Below, one piece after another: positions 33,422 through 43,978 of a stretch of 64,000 bases of DNA. Every line of letters begins with the position of its first letter. The first letter of the stretch is position 1. Origin of the DNA: Candidatus Omnitrophota bacterium. Its GTDB lineage: Bacteria > Omnitrophota > Gorgyraeia > Duberdicusellales > 4484-171. The DNA lies in the NCBI GenBank assembly GCA_021735655.1, contig JAIPGM010000007.1, positions 6,125 to 70,124 on the forward strand, written 5' to 3'. The notes below the pieces were generated by a model. That model saw only the letters and a program-made list of their open reading frames with translations. It did no database searches and was not told where the DNA came from. A program made the translations under genes and the position numbers.

Positions 33422-33772
33422 CTATTCCTTAGAAGCCAAAGGATCGGGAATTTCCTTAGAAGATGACTTAACAGGTTGATCTAGCTTCTCTTTATCCACG
33501 TCACCACCGCCTGCATTTTCTGTACTCTCTTGGGAAAATAAAGATTTCCCCTGCTGCTTGGAAATATAGGCTAAAGAAATTGAAGTAACAAAGAAAAGAA
33601 TTGCTAAAACAACCGTCAGTTTAACAAAGAATGAACTGGTTTTTGTACCAAAAATAGACTCAACCCCACCTAAAGCCTCAACTAATCCGCCGCTTCTTCC
33701 CCGCTGGATAAGAATAGCTCCAATTAAACCAATCGCGATAATTACATGTAAAACTAATACTAAATTATACAT
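33422..33772 (-). CDS. secG: preprotein translocase subunit SecG
   Basis: Two TM helices; N-terminus LIGAILIQRG is typical of SecG. Confidence 0.85.
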   Translation of the reverse strand: MYNLVLVLHVIIAIGLIGAILIQRGRSGGLVEALGGVESIFGTKTSSFFVKLTVVLAILFFVTSISLAYISKQQGKSLFSQESTENAGGGDVDKEKLDQPVKSSSKEIPDPLASKE

Positions 33773-33791
33773 TTTACCTCACTCCGTTTAT

Positions 33792-34547
33792 TTATAGAGA
33801 ATTCTTAACTATTTGGGCAAATGAACTACTATCTAAAGATGCTCCTCCGACCAAAGCTCCATCAATATCAGCTTCTTGCATCAGCTCTTTAATGTTTGAT
33901 GGCTTAACGCTTCCTCCGTAAATAATTCTCAAATTAGCCGCTAGCTGATCAGAGTACTGTTTAGCTAACCAGTTCCGAATAAACTTATGGACTTCTTCAG
34001 CCTGTTGAGGGGTCGCTGTCTTTCCAGTGCCAATAGCCCATACTGGCTCATAAGCAAGAACTAACCTTTCGACACTTTCAGCTTCTAAGCCTTTAAGGCC
34101 TCCAGAAAGCTGCTCCTCGATCACCGAGATAGTCTTATTTGCTTCACGCTCCTCTAAGGTCTCACCAACACAAACAATTGGAATTAGATTTTCAGCTTGT
34201 GTGGCCTTTATTCGTTTATTAACCATCTCATCGGTCTCAAAAAAATATTTCCTTCGCTCTGAGTGACCAATGATAGCATAAAAACAACCAGCATCTTTAA
34301 GCATTGCTGCTGAAATTTCGCCGGTGAAAGCTCCGGAATTTTCCCAATATACGTTTTGGGCCCCTAACTTAATATTAGAATTTTGCAAAATATCAGAAAC
34401 TTCTGAAAGGGCTACGTAAGTCGGACATACTGCTACATCAATTGTGTCCACATCAACCAACTCCCGTTTTAAACTATTAACTAATTCTAAAGCTTCGGGA
34501 ATGGTTTTCTGCATTTTCCAGTTTCCGGCTATAAATGGCTTTCTCAT
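33792..34547 (-). CDS. tpiA: triosephosphate isomerase
   Basis: AGNWKM and IGHSERR motifs. Confidence 0.95.
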   Translation of the reverse strand: MRKPFIAGNWKMQKTIPEALELVNSLKRELVDVDTIDVAVCPTYVALSEVSDILQNSNIKLGAQNVYWENSGAFTGEISAAMLKDAGCFYAIIGHSERRKYFFETDEMVNKRIKATQAENLIPIVCVGETLEEREANKTISVIEEQLSGGLKGLEAESVERLVLAYEPVWAIGTGKTATPQQAEEVHKFIRNWLAKQYSDQLAANLRIIYGGSVKPSNIKELMQEADIDGALVGGASLDSSSFAQIVKNSL

Positions 34548-34612
34548 AATTAAATCTCCTTAATGAAACTTAGCTTTTTTGAAACCAAAGGCTCAAAAAA
34601 GCATTAGTTGAA

Positions 34613-35809
34613 TTATTTATCACTTAAGGCGGCTATTCCCGGCAAAACCTTTCCTTCTAAATACTCTAAGGATGCTCCGCCTCCGGTTGAAATGTGAGAC
34701 ATCTTATCACTTAAATTAAATTTAGCCACAGCTGCAGCAGTATCTCCACCGCCAATAACTGAGGTAACTTGGCTCTCGGCCGTTGCCTTAGCTACTGCTA
34801 AAGCTAATTCTTTTGTGCCTTGAGCAAACTTTTCATTTTCAAAGATTCCTGCTGGACCATTCCAAACAACTGTTTTACTTTGAGCTATTTTATCACAAAA
34901 TAATTTAATTGTCTTTGGGCCGATATCAACACCGATCCAGCCTTCAGCTATTGTTTGATCAGCAGTAACCTTTACATTTAAAGACTCTTTAATGTTGTCA
35001 GTAATTACGTGATCTAAGGGCAAGACTAATTCGACTTTACTTTCTTTTGCCTTAGCCAGTATCTTCTCAACAATCGGGATACTATCAAGCTCAACCCTTG
35101 AAGAACCAATTTCAACACCCTTTACCTTCATAAAGGTATAGGCCATGGCTCCGCCGATTATAATACAGTCAGCGCGTTCAAGCATATTCTCAATAACCGG
35201 GATCTTATCAGCAACCTTAGCCCCACCAAGAATGAACAAGAAAGGCTTCTCAGCTTGAGTTAAAACTTTCTGAAAATACTCTATCTCTTTTTGCACTAAA
35301 AAGCCTGAAACTGATTCAAGGTAATGAGTTACCCCTTCCGTTGAGGCGTGAGCCCGATGACAAGTTCCAAAAGCATCATTAACAAATACATCACCCAAAG
35401 AGGCTAACTGCTTAGCAAAATCAGGATCATTCAGTGTTTCTTGCTCATAGAATCTTAAATTTTCAAGCAAGACAACTTCGCCGACAGCTAAACTTTTAAC
35501 CTTGGCTTTTACATCCTCACCAATACAATCTGAAAGCATCTCAACTGGCTTAGCTAACAATTCACTAAGACGTTCAGCTACTGGTTTAAGGCTATACTCT
35601 GGTTTTTTCTGACCCTTTGGTCTTCCCAAGTGGCTCATTAAGACTAATTTTGCCTGCTTGGATAAACAATAGTTTATTGTCTCAAGAGCTGCCTTAATTC
35701 TTGAATCGTCAGTGATCTTCTGATGCTCATCTAGCGGCACATTAAAGTCTACTCGCATCAAAACAGTCTTGCCCTCTAGATTAATATCGGTTACTGATTT
35801 CTTATTCAT
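34613..35809 (-). CDS. pgk: phosphoglycerate kinase
   Basis: RVDFNVP motif, 398 aa. Confidence 0.95.
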   Translation of the reverse strand: MNKKSVTDINLEGKTVLMRVDFNVPLDEHQKITDDSRIKAALETINYCLSKQAKLVLMSHLGRPKGQKKPEYSLKPVAERLSELLAKPVEMLSDCIGEDVKAKVKSLAVGEVVLLENLRFYEQETLNDPDFAKQLASLGDVFVNDAFGTCHRAHASTEGVTHYLESVSGFLVQKEIEYFQKVLTQAEKPFLFILGGAKVADKIPVIENMLERADCIIIGGAMAYTFMKVKGVEIGSSRVELDSIPIVEKILAKAKESKVELVLPLDHVITDNIKESLNVKVTADQTIAEGWIGVDIGPKTIKLFCDKIAQSKTVVWNGPAGIFENEKFAQGTKELALAVAKATAESQVTSVIGGGDTAAAVAKFNLSDKMSHISTGGGASLEYLEGKVLPGIAALSDK

Positions 35810-35831
35810 ATTTTCCTTTTAAGTTAACTTC

Positions 35832-36827
35832 TTACTTAATCATATAGGGAATTAGATCAACCACTCGACATGAATATCCCCATTCATTGTCATACCAAGA
35901 AAGAAGCTTAAAAAATCCCTGACCTAACTTAATTATACTCAAAGAATCATAAACTGAAGAATGAGTATTCCCGATTACGTCTGCTGAAACTATTGGATCT
36001 TGGCAATACTCTAAAATTCCCTTCATCGGGCCATCAGCGGCTTTTTTCATGGCACTGTTAACCTCTTCTATCGAAGGATCTTTAACTAGCTTTACAGTTA
36101 AATCAACAATCGAACCGGTTGGAACCGGAACTCGCATAGCCAGCCCATTAAGCTTTCCGTCTAATTCAGGAATTACTAAGCCAACTGCCTTAGCTGCCCC
36201 GGTAGTAGTCGGAATAATTGAAAGACCGGCTGAACGAGCTCGTCTTAAATCCGAATGCGGAAAATCAAGAATTCTTTGATCATTAGTATAAGCATGTACG
36301 GTTGTCATCAAACCTTCGACGATTCCAAAATTATCCTGCAAAACTTTCGCTATTGGTGCAAGGCAATTAGTAGTACAAGATGCATTAGAAACGATCAAAT
36401 CTTCATCTTTTAAGCTTTCGGTATTAACACCCAAAACGATTGTGTTGTCAACTTTATCTTTAGCCGGCACCGTGAGGATAGCCTTTTTCGCTCCGGCTTC
36501 AATATGCATAGCAACCTGATCACGCTTTCTGAAAACTCCAGTTGATTCAACAACTAAATCTACCCCTAATTCTTTCCAAGGAAGATTCTTAGGATCTCTT
36601 TCAGAAAGTATCTTTATTTCCTTGCCATCAACTACAATTGCCCCTTCTTTTGCGCTCACTGATTTAGAAAACTTTCCATATACTGAGTCATACTTTAAAA
36701 GATGGGCTAAAGTTTTCGCATCAGTTAAATCATTGATAGCGACTACTTCAATATCTTTTCTTTCACTAATTACCTTAAAAACATTTCTACCAATTCTGCC
36801 AAAACCATTAATTGCTACTTTTACCAT
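35832..36827 (-). CDS. gap: glyceraldehyde-3-phosphate dehydrogenase
   Basis: INGFGRIGR and SCTTNCL motifs. Confidence 0.95.
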   Translation of the reverse strand: MVKVAINGFGRIGRNVFKVISERKDIEVVAINDLTDAKTLAHLLKYDSVYGKFSKSVSAKEGAIVVDGKEIKILSERDPKNLPWKELGVDLVVESTGVFRKRDQVAMHIEAGAKKAILTVPAKDKVDNTIVLGVNTESLKDEDLIVSNASCTTNCLAPIAKVLQDNFGIVEGLMTTVHAYTNDQRILDFPHSDLRRARSAGLSIIPTTTGAAKAVGLVIPELDGKLNGLAMRVPVPTGSIVDLTVKLVKDPSIEEVNSAMKKAADGPMKGILEYCQDPIVSADVIGNTHSSVYDSLSIIKLGQGFFKLLSWYDNEWGYSCRVVDLIPYMIK

Positions 36828-36881
36828 CTCAAAACCTCCTTTAATGAGACTGCCCCTTTAGGGGTCTAGTCAAATTACAAC

Positions 36882-37886
36882 TTATTTTATCTCTACTTTC
36901 TTCAAATAACTACTGGCTACCTCTGGCGAGGTAGGATTTATATAGAAACCAGTTCCCCATTCAAAACCAGCAATCTTACTCAATTTAGGCATAACTTCAA
37001 CATGCCAATGATACCATTCTTGACTTTCAGCTTTGTCAACGGGGTTGGTATGAATAATAAAGTTATAGGGTGGATTCCCTAAAACTAGTTTAATTCTAGT
37101 AAGCACCTCTTTCAAAATACGGGCAAAATTATCTATGGCTGCTTCGGAAATATCGGTAAAATCAGCCTGATGCTGTTTAGGCATAATAACTATCTCAAAA
37201 GGAGAACGCGAGGCAAAAGGACAAAAAGCAATAAAATCTTTGTTCTCACAAACCTCCCGATGTCGATGTTCAATTTCCTGTAAGATCATATCGCAGAATA
37301 TACAGCGCTCCTTATAGTCAAAGTGACGATGAGAGCATTTAAGTTCTTCATCTACCCTCCGGGGAACAATTGGCAATGAAATAAGCTGAGTGTGGCTATG
37401 CTCAAGTGATGCTCCGGCGACTAGACCGTAATTTTTAAAAATAAGAACATATTTAAATCGCTCATCTTTACTTAGAGCAATGCTTCGACGCTTATAAACT
37501 CCGATTACTTTTTTAATCTGCTCAATAGTTAGGTCAGCTAACTGCTTAGAGTGATCAGTTCCCTCAATAATAACTTCATGCTTTCCTACGCCGTTCATCA
37601 TATCAAAAATGCCTACGCCAGTTTTACCTAGGTTGTCTTCATCAGCTAAGGCCGGATATTTATTAGGTACGGTGCGTGTCTGCCAACCAGTAGTGTCGGG
37701 CTTGCTACCTTTCGGACGATCAGCGTCAACCTCAGGCGGAGTCATTTTTTCCTTTCCTTCACAAAAAGGACACATCCCTTCTTTAATATCAAGCTTCTCT
37801 ACCTCATAATTATCAGGGCCAAAGTTCTTTTCGGTGCTGATAATAACCCAACGAGCCGTAATCGGATCTAATCTTAATTCACCCAT
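36882..37886 (-). CDS. galactose-1-phosphate uridylyltransferase-like HIT-family nucleotidyltransferase (type-1 GalT-like)
   Basis: Zn motif CPFCEGKE and intact HSHTQ (HxHxQ) active-site motif. Start set at the ATG 37884-37886, which abuts the upstream paralog's stop. Confidence 0.75.
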   Translation of the reverse strand: MGELRLDPITARWVIISTEKNFGPDNYEVEKLDIKEGMCPFCEGKEKMTPPEVDADRPKGSKPDTTGWQTRTVPNKYPALADEDNLGKTGVGIFDMMNGVGKHEVIIEGTDHSKQLADLTIEQIKKVIGVYKRRSIALSKDERFKYVLIFKNYGLVAGASLEHSHTQLISLPIVPRRVDEELKCSHRHFDYKERCIFCDMILQEIEHRHREVCENKDFIAFCPFASRSPFEIVIMPKQHQADFTDISEAAIDNFARILKEVLTRIKLVLGNPPYNFIIHTNPVDKAESQEWYHWHVEVMPKLSKIAGFEWGTGFYINPTSPEVASSYLKKVEIK

Positions 37887-37887
37887 T

Positions 37888-38913
37888 TTAGAGTTTAACC
37901 TCGCGTAAAAATTTAGCAGCCTCCTCCGGAGAGGTAGGATTAATATAAAAACCGGTTCCCCATTCAAAGCCAGCGACTTGAGTCAAACGAGGAATAATTT
38001 CAATGTGCCAATGGTAATCTTGTTCTATTGTACCCCAATAACCTACCTTAGCCCGTCGATAGGGTGCTATATGCAACATATAGTTATAGGGCGGATCTGA
38101 AAGGGCAACCTTAATTCTATGTAAAACTTCCTTAAGTGTTTTCGCTAGGCTAGAAATATCTTTATCGCTTATTTTGCTAAAATCAGCACAATGCTCTTTA
38201 GGTAAAACCCAAGTCTCAAAAGGAAACCGTGAAGCATAGGGAGCAATTGCTACAAATCCGTCTTTATCTAAAATTAACCTTTGTTTATCGTTAACTTCCT
38301 GAGCAATAATGTCACAATAAACGCACCGATCTTTGTAGTCAAAATAACGTTTAGCTCCTTCTAGCTCCCCCTTTACGCTCTTGGGACAAGCCGGAAGAGC
38401 AATCAACTGACTGCGAGAATGTCCCGAGCCAATAGCACCAGCAGCAAGTTTATGATTTTTGAATATTAATACATATTTAAAACGAGGATCTTTTTCAAGA
38501 TCTAAAATCCTGGCCCGGTACATCTGTAAACTCTCAGCGATTTCATCCGGACTTAATTCATCTAAAGAACTTACATGTCTTGGGCTCTCGACAATAACCT
38601 CATGAGCCCCAACTCCATTCATCATATCGTAAATGCCGTGTGGCCGCTTGTCTAGCTCTTCGGCACTGTGCAAAAGCGGTACAATACTTGGGATAACTCT
38701 TGACTGCCAACCAGGTTTATTTGGTTTACTATTTTTTTCTCTGCTAGCAGCTACTTCTTCAGGAGTATATTCTTCATGGCCTTCACAAAAAGGACAACTC
38801 TCAGAAAAAGCATCAACTTGATCGTTAACCTTAAACTCTTTGGGACGTTTGGCTCGCTCGGTAGCAATAATAACCCAACGGCCGATGATCGGATCTTTTC
38901 TTAATTGAGGCAT
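37888..38913 (-). CDS. GalT-like HIT-family paralog with altered active-site motif (HSRSQ instead of HxHxQ)
   Basis: About 40% identical by eye to the adjacent paralog. CPFCEGHE Zn motif retained. The second His of HxHxQ is replaced by Arg. Confidence 0.7.
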   Translation of the reverse strand: MPQLRKDPIIGRWVIIATERAKRPKEFKVNDQVDAFSESCPFCEGHEEYTPEEVAASREKNSKPNKPGWQSRVIPSIVPLLHSAEELDKRPHGIYDMMNGVGAHEVIVESPRHVSSLDELSPDEIAESLQMYRARILDLEKDPRFKYVLIFKNHKLAAGAIGSGHSRSQLIALPACPKSVKGELEGAKRYFDYKDRCVYCDIIAQEVNDKQRLILDKDGFVAIAPYASRFPFETWVLPKEHCADFSKISDKDISSLAKTLKEVLHRIKVALSDPPYNYMLHIAPYRRAKVGYWGTIEQDYHWHIEIIPRLTQVAGFEWGTGFYINPTSPEEAAKFLREVKL

Positions 38914-38938
38914 AATTTTTAAACTTTACTTAATCTAA

Positions 38939-40138
38939 TTATAAAACAACCTTAAGAAACTTTTTCTTACCAACTTTTAAAATAAGCTCTGGAGAAGACA
39001 TCTCTAAAATTTGCTCACTCAAAACATGGTGTTTTTTAGAATCAGCGCCATCAACAACAGAGATAGCTCCTTGCTGCAATAGACGACGAACTTCATTCTT
39101 AGAAACAATCAACCCACTTTTCTGTAAAACTTCGGCAATATCAATCTTTGAATCTTTAACTCTGTAGGTCGGTATCTCCTCCGGTAAGCCGCCTTTTGAA
39201 AAAACTTTTTCAAACCCTAAGCGGGCCTTCTTAGCCAAAGACTCTGAATGATAAAACGAAACAATCGACTCAGCCAGAGTTAACTTTGCTTCCTTGGGAT
39301 GCATTACTTTTAAAGCCTCCCGATCACCATCATAAAGTAACTTTACATATTCAGCCATCAGCTCATCAGAGATGCTCATTACTTTTCCGAATATTGAATC
39401 AGGACTCTCGGTTATACCTATATAGTTACCTAAAGACTTAGACATCTTATTCTTACCGTCAGTACCAACTAAAAGCGGCATAGTTACTAAGCATTGAGGC
39501 GCCTGATTAAAATTTTCCTGAAGGTGCCGTCCAACGATTAAATTAAACTTCTGGTCAGTACCGCCAAATTCAATATCAGCCTCTAGTTTATAAGAATCAT
39601 AGCCTTGAATCAAGGGGTAGATTATCTCTAAAAGAGTTAGTGGCTTTCCTTGGCTCATTCTTTTTGAAAAATCATCCCGCTCAAGGACTCTAGCAATCGT
39701 ATAGGACCCCAACAGTTCTAGAAACTTCGAAAGATCCATCTTCTTGTACCAAATACTATTATAAATTATAGTAGTTTTCTTCTTATCAAGAATCTTGAAA
39801 GCTTGCTTAGTATAAGTTAAAGCATTAATCTTAATCTGTTTATCAGTTAAAACTGGACGAGTGGTTGTTTTTCCAGAAGGATCGCCGATTTTTGCCGTAA
39901 AATCACCGATAATAAAATAAACCTGATGTCCTAAATCTTGTAATTTGCGAAGTTTTTTAAGTAAAACTGTGTGTCCTAGATGAATATCGCAAGCCGTAGG
40001 ATCGAAACCAATTTTTAGTTTAAGCGGTTTATTTTCTTTGAGCGAATTTTTCAGCTTAGTAATCAGTTCACTTTCAGCAATTAGTTCAGCTGCGTTTTCC
40101 TTAATAATCTTGAGATGGTCTGATATGGTAGGATCCAC
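38939..40138 (-). CDS. tyrS: tyrosyl-tRNA synthetase
   Basis: HIGH-type motif (HLGH), KMSKS motif, C-terminal S4 domain. Confidence 0.93.
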   Translation of the reverse strand: MDPTISDHLKIIKENAAELIAESELITKLKNSLKENKPLKLKIGFDPTACDIHLGHTVLLKKLRKLQDLGHQVYFIIGDFTAKIGDPSGKTTTRPVLTDKQIKINALTYTKQAFKILDKKKTTIIYNSIWYKKMDLSKFLELLGSYTIARVLERDDFSKRMSQGKPLTLLEIIYPLIQGYDSYKLEADIEFGGTDQKFNLIVGRHLQENFNQAPQCLVTMPLLVGTDGKNKMSKSLGNYIGITESPDSIFGKVMSISDELMAEYVKLLYDGDREALKVMHPKEAKLTLAESIVSFYHSESLAKKARLGFEKVFSKGGLPEEIPTYRVKDSKIDIAEVLQKSGLIVSKNEVRRLLQQGAISVVDGADSKKHHVLSEQILEMSSPELILKVGKKKFLKVVL

Positions 40139-40226
40139 TTAATTTATCCTCACTAATTAAACCTTCTGCTGCGCTCTCTGAGTTATCCACAAAGACAATC
40201 CTCCTGATACCCTTAAAGGAGGGGTC

Positions 40227-41786
40227 TTATTCCGCGGAGGGTTCTTCGGTATTAGCTGACAAACCAATCTTAGCTGCCCCGGGGTCAATCTTTATTATTT
40301 TAACTTTAAGCTTATCCCCAGCCTTTAGATTCGTCATCAAATCCTTGTCTACTTCGCCTGAAAAAACCAAACCTTCTAACTCTTCGTCTATCTTGACGAA
40401 TACGCCAAAATTGGTCACTTTGACAACTTGGCCTTCAACTACCGTATCTACTGGAAACTTCTCAAGAATCTGAGGCCAAGGATCTTGCTCTAACTGCTTT
40501 AGACCCAAAATAACCTTTTTATTGCCGCGATCAATTCCTAAAATTTTCCACTCATAACCGTGTGAACGTTTTAGTATTTCTTGAGCTCGAGATATCCTCT
40601 TAGTCCAAGAGATATCTTCGTTGTAAATCACCCCTTCTAGACCGTTCTCAAGCTCAACAAAGGCACAACCTTCGCCAAACCCGGAAACCTTACCTTTAAT
40701 TGTATTATCAATTGTAATTAAGGTCTCAATATCTTCCCAAGGATCTTTCTCTAGCTGTTTAATACTCAAAGATATCTTTCTTTCGGCAGGATCAACACTT
40801 ATTACCTTTATTTCTATTGCATCGCCATGAGCAAAAGTATCCTGTAGGTTAATGAAACGTCTAGTCCAAGAAACCTCACTTATGTGCACTAACCCCTCAA
40901 TACCTTTCTCCAACTCAACAAATATTCCGTAGTTCTGGATATTGGTAATTCTTCCCTTAATTACCGAACCAGGAGGAAATTTTTTACCAATTTCCATCCA
41001 AGGGTCAGGTGTAGTCTGCTTTAACCCTAGAGAAATCTTACCTTTTTCTTTATCAAAACCGACAACCATAACTTGGATATCGTCACCAACCGCCACAATC
41101 TCCGAAGGATGAGTAATCTTTTTCCAGCTCATATCAGCGATATGCAGCAATCCGTCAACTCCGCCAAGATCAATAAAAGCTCCGAAGTTAGTTATACTCT
41201 TAACTCTCCCCTTCATCATCGTGTTCTTTTTTATTGTTTCCCAAACTTTCTTTCGAGAAACTTCTCTCTCAGCTCTAAGTGCATCCCGACGCGAGATGAT
41301 AAAGCTACTTTTAATCTTGTTCATCTTAACTATCTGGAATTTAAAAGTACCAGACATAACCTCATCTTCACTCGAATTCCTAAAAGAAGATAAACTTTGA
41401 GGTAAAAATCCTTCGACGCCAAAAACATTCACTATGTAACCACCCTTTACCTTACGGATAACTCTACCTTCGACTAAATCGCCCTCTTTGTAACTATTAG
41501 CTAAGGTTAGCCAACCTCTGGCTTCACGAGCCCGCCGGTAAGAAAGTACAATCTTTCCATCTTCATCTTCTACGGTCTCAACATAGACATCAATCTCATC
41601 CTGTTCTTTGACATCCGAACCCTTAAACTCATCACTCAAAATTATCCCTTCAGACTTATAGCCAACATCAATGATTACCTCACTAGGATTGATGCTGATA
41701 ATCTTACCCTTGATAATCTCGCCTTCGGCTATCTCCTTAATAGAAGCATAATAGGCATTCGCCAATTCTGTTGTATCAATAGTCAT
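40227..41786 (-). CDS. rpsA: 30S ribosomal protein S1
   Basis: Multiple S1 repeats. Start set to the ATG at 41784-41786 (MTIDTTELANAYY...), which is preceded by a GGAGGA SD; the longer track ORF lacks an SD. Confidence 0.9.
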   Translation of the reverse strand: MTIDTTELANAYYASIKEIAEGEIIKGKIISINPSEVIIDVGYKSEGIILSDEFKGSDVKEQDEIDVYVETVEDEDGKIVLSYRRAREARGWLTLANSYKEGDLVEGRVIRKVKGGYIVNVFGVEGFLPQSLSSFRNSSEDEVMSGTFKFQIVKMNKIKSSFIISRRDALRAEREVSRKKVWETIKKNTMMKGRVKSITNFGAFIDLGGVDGLLHIADMSWKKITHPSEIVAVGDDIQVMVVGFDKEKGKISLGLKQTTPDPWMEIGKKFPPGSVIKGRITNIQNYGIFVELEKGIEGLVHISEVSWTRRFINLQDTFAHGDAIEIKVISVDPAERKISLSIKQLEKDPWEDIETLITIDNTIKGKVSGFGEGCAFVELENGLEGVIYNEDISWTKRISRAQEILKRSHGYEWKILGIDRGNKKVILGLKQLEQDPWPQILEKFPVDTVVEGQVVKVTNFGVFVKIDEELEGLVFSGEVDKDLMTNLKAGDKLKVKIIKIDPGAAKIGLSANTEEPSAE

Positions 41787-41977
41787 TTTTCTGGATCCTC
41801 CTTGAAAAAGCAGGCAATTTACGGCCTCCAAAAAGGCTATAAACTGTGTTCTGATATTCAGAACGTCTACAAATTTCTCGCAATTATCTCCTAAATCCCT
41901 ATTTTTGTCAACAAAAAACAGACTAATTATCGAACGATAATAAACCGTCAATTAGCCCTAATCTCGACTATCTCAAT

Positions 41978-42547
41978 CTATAAACTTTCTATCGTAGCCA
42001 TAACTTTTTGAGTAATGGCCTGATAGTCATCGCCTTCTTTTACGGTATTGACCTTTGCAAAAATAACCTTTATTTTGCCCCGACGAAAAAACTTTGCCCG
42101 CTTAGGAAGGACTTTGTCAGTTCCATAAATTCTTGCCGCAATTACCGGAACCTTTGCTTTTCTAGAAAGAAAACCAACCCCTGAATTAGCTTCATTAAAA
42201 CTGCGCCCTCGAGTTCCTTGAGGAAAAATAAGTAAGGCCTTAGTTTTAAGCGTCTTTAAGGCCAACCGCATAATCCTTATATCAGATTTTCCCCGTTTTA
42301 TTGGAATTGCCCCTACGTCTTTTAAATACAAAGAAAGCAATTTATTAGTAAACAACTCCTCTTTAGCCATAAAAGCTATTCGCTTAGGACAAGAAACAGC
42401 CAAAACCGGCGGGTCTAAATTACTTAAATGGTTAGCAGCTAGAATGAAAGGTTGAGCGGCCGGGAAAACATCTTTTCCTTTTATCTCTAAAGCAAAAAAT
42501 GTTTTAAAAAAACAACCAGCTAAAATAACTGAAACTCTATAGAGCAT
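41978..42547 (-). CDS. plsC: 1-acyl-sn-glycerol-3-phosphate acyltransferase
   Basis: NHLSNLD (HxxxxD) and FPQGTR motifs. Confidence 0.85.
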   Translation of the reverse strand: MLYRVSVILAGCFFKTFFALEIKGKDVFPAAQPFILAANHLSNLDPPVLAVSCPKRIAFMAKEELFTNKLLSLYLKDVGAIPIKRGKSDIRIMRLALKTLKTKALLIFPQGTRGRSFNEANSGVGFLSRKAKVPVIAARIYGTDKVLPKRAKFFRRGKIKVIFAKVNTVKEGDDYQAITQKVMATIESL

Positions 42548-43928
42548 AGATCATTTTTGTACCAAAACTCATCAGCTTGTCAGATTGTTTTTTACTTTTA
42601 CTTTCAGCGTAAACTCTCACAATTGGTTCAGTACCTGACTTCCTGAACATAAGCCAACAGTCGCCGGCGATAAGTTTTATACCATCAAGAGTATTTACCC
42701 GTTCCACCTTCTTACCACAAATAGCCGTTGGCAACTTCATGTCGCTTAAACTTTTTTTAACGCTCTTTAAAGGAATTGATGCTCGACTATAGTAATAATG
42801 TCCGTATTGAGCGTAGAACTTAGACAGAAGCGTGTTAAATTTTTTCTTTTCAACAGCGAGCATCTCTAAAAGTAATAAAAAAGCTGCGGAGCCATCTCGC
42901 TCCGGGACGTATCCCTTGACGCCGATTCCACCGGCTTCCTCTCCGCCAATAGCAATAAGGTTCTGCTCGAATAAACTAGATATATATTTAAATCCAACTG
43001 GAGTCTCATAGCAAGCTACCCCTAAAGAAACAGCTACTTTATCGATGACATTACTGCCAACAACAGTTTTCCCAATTGCCCCTTGAGCTTTTCGGTTCTT
43101 GACCATATGTATCGCCAAAAGCGGTAAGATAACTTGAGCATTAATGTAATTACCGTGGCCGTCAAACATGGCAATTCTGTCAGCATCACCGTCAAGGACT
43201 AAACCCAAATCATACTTCCCTTTTTTCATTATCTTAGTCATTTCAACCAAATTACTCTCAATCGGCTCAGGGTTAATTACGCCGAAAGAAGGATTATATT
43301 CATTATGTAAATAGTCTATCTTTATTTTACTCGGATCTAACACTTGTTCAGCGAAGGTACCGGCGGAACCATACATATTGTCGACTAAAACTTTTAGTTT
43401 GAGATTCCTGATCTTATTTAAACCTACAAATTTTTTCAAAAAAGCTATGCAGTCTTTAGTTAAGTCTTTTATCTCTAACAACTTATTTTTTCTAGCTATC
43501 GCTTCATCAAGAAAGCGTACCTTTTTCTTAAACATCAATCGCTCAACGCTATCGGTTAAAGACTTATCGGCTGAACCGCCACGAGGTGTCTTTATTTTTA
43601 AACCATTAAACTTAGCCGGATTATGAGATGCCGTAATCATTATTCCTAAATCATATTTCTTATGTAGACAATGAAAACTTACTACTGGAGTGGGCACATC
43701 TTTATCGGAAAGTACAACTTTTATCTTATTTGCCCCTAAAACTAAACCTACTGTTTTGGCAAATTCGGCTGAAAGAAATCTACGATCATAACCGATTACA
43801 ACCTTTTTCTTGCCTTTTTTAGTTTTATTTAAATAGTCAGCTATTGCCTGTGAGACAACTTTTAGATTTTCAAAAGTAAAATCTTGGGCAATAACTGCTC
43901 TCCATCCATCGGTACCGAATTTAATCAT
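42537..43928 (-). CDS. phosphoglucomutase/phosphomannomutase (alpha-D-phosphohexomutase)
   Basis: Active-site TASHNP motif, Mg-binding DGDADR motif, sugar-binding GEEAGG motif. Confidence 0.88.
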   Translation of the reverse strand: MIKFGTDGWRAVIAQDFTFENLKVVSQAIADYLNKTKKGKKKVVIGYDRRFLSAEFAKTVGLVLGANKIKVVLSDKDVPTPVVSFHCLHKKYDLGIMITASHNPAKFNGLKIKTPRGGSADKSLTDSVERLMFKKKVRFLDEAIARKNKLLEIKDLTKDCIAFLKKFVGLNKIRNLKLKVLVDNMYGSAGTFAEQVLDPSKIKIDYLHNEYNPSFGVINPEPIESNLVEMTKIMKKGKYDLGLVLDGDADRIAMFDGHGNYINAQVILPLLAIHMVKNRKAQGAIGKTVVGSNVIDKVAVSLGVACYETPVGFKYISSLFEQNLIAIGGEEAGGIGVKGYVPERDGSAAFLLLLEMLAVEKKKFNTLLSKFYAQYGHYYYSRASIPLKSVKKSLSDMKLPTAICGKKVERVNTLDGIKLIAGDCWLMFRKSGTEPIVRVYAESKSKKQSDKLMSFGTKMIYAL

Positions 43929-43978
43929 TAGTTACTCCTTTTTCCTGAGACTTCCTCTAACATCTAAGATGTCTTAGG

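Noticed and set aside
40139-40226. Possible T-box or attenuator leader upstream of tyrS (CCTCCT...AGGAGG hairpin)
   Set aside because: The intergenic space is only 88 nt, far too short for a T-box. The hairpin is more likely an SD-sequestering or terminator-like element of the rpsA 3' end.
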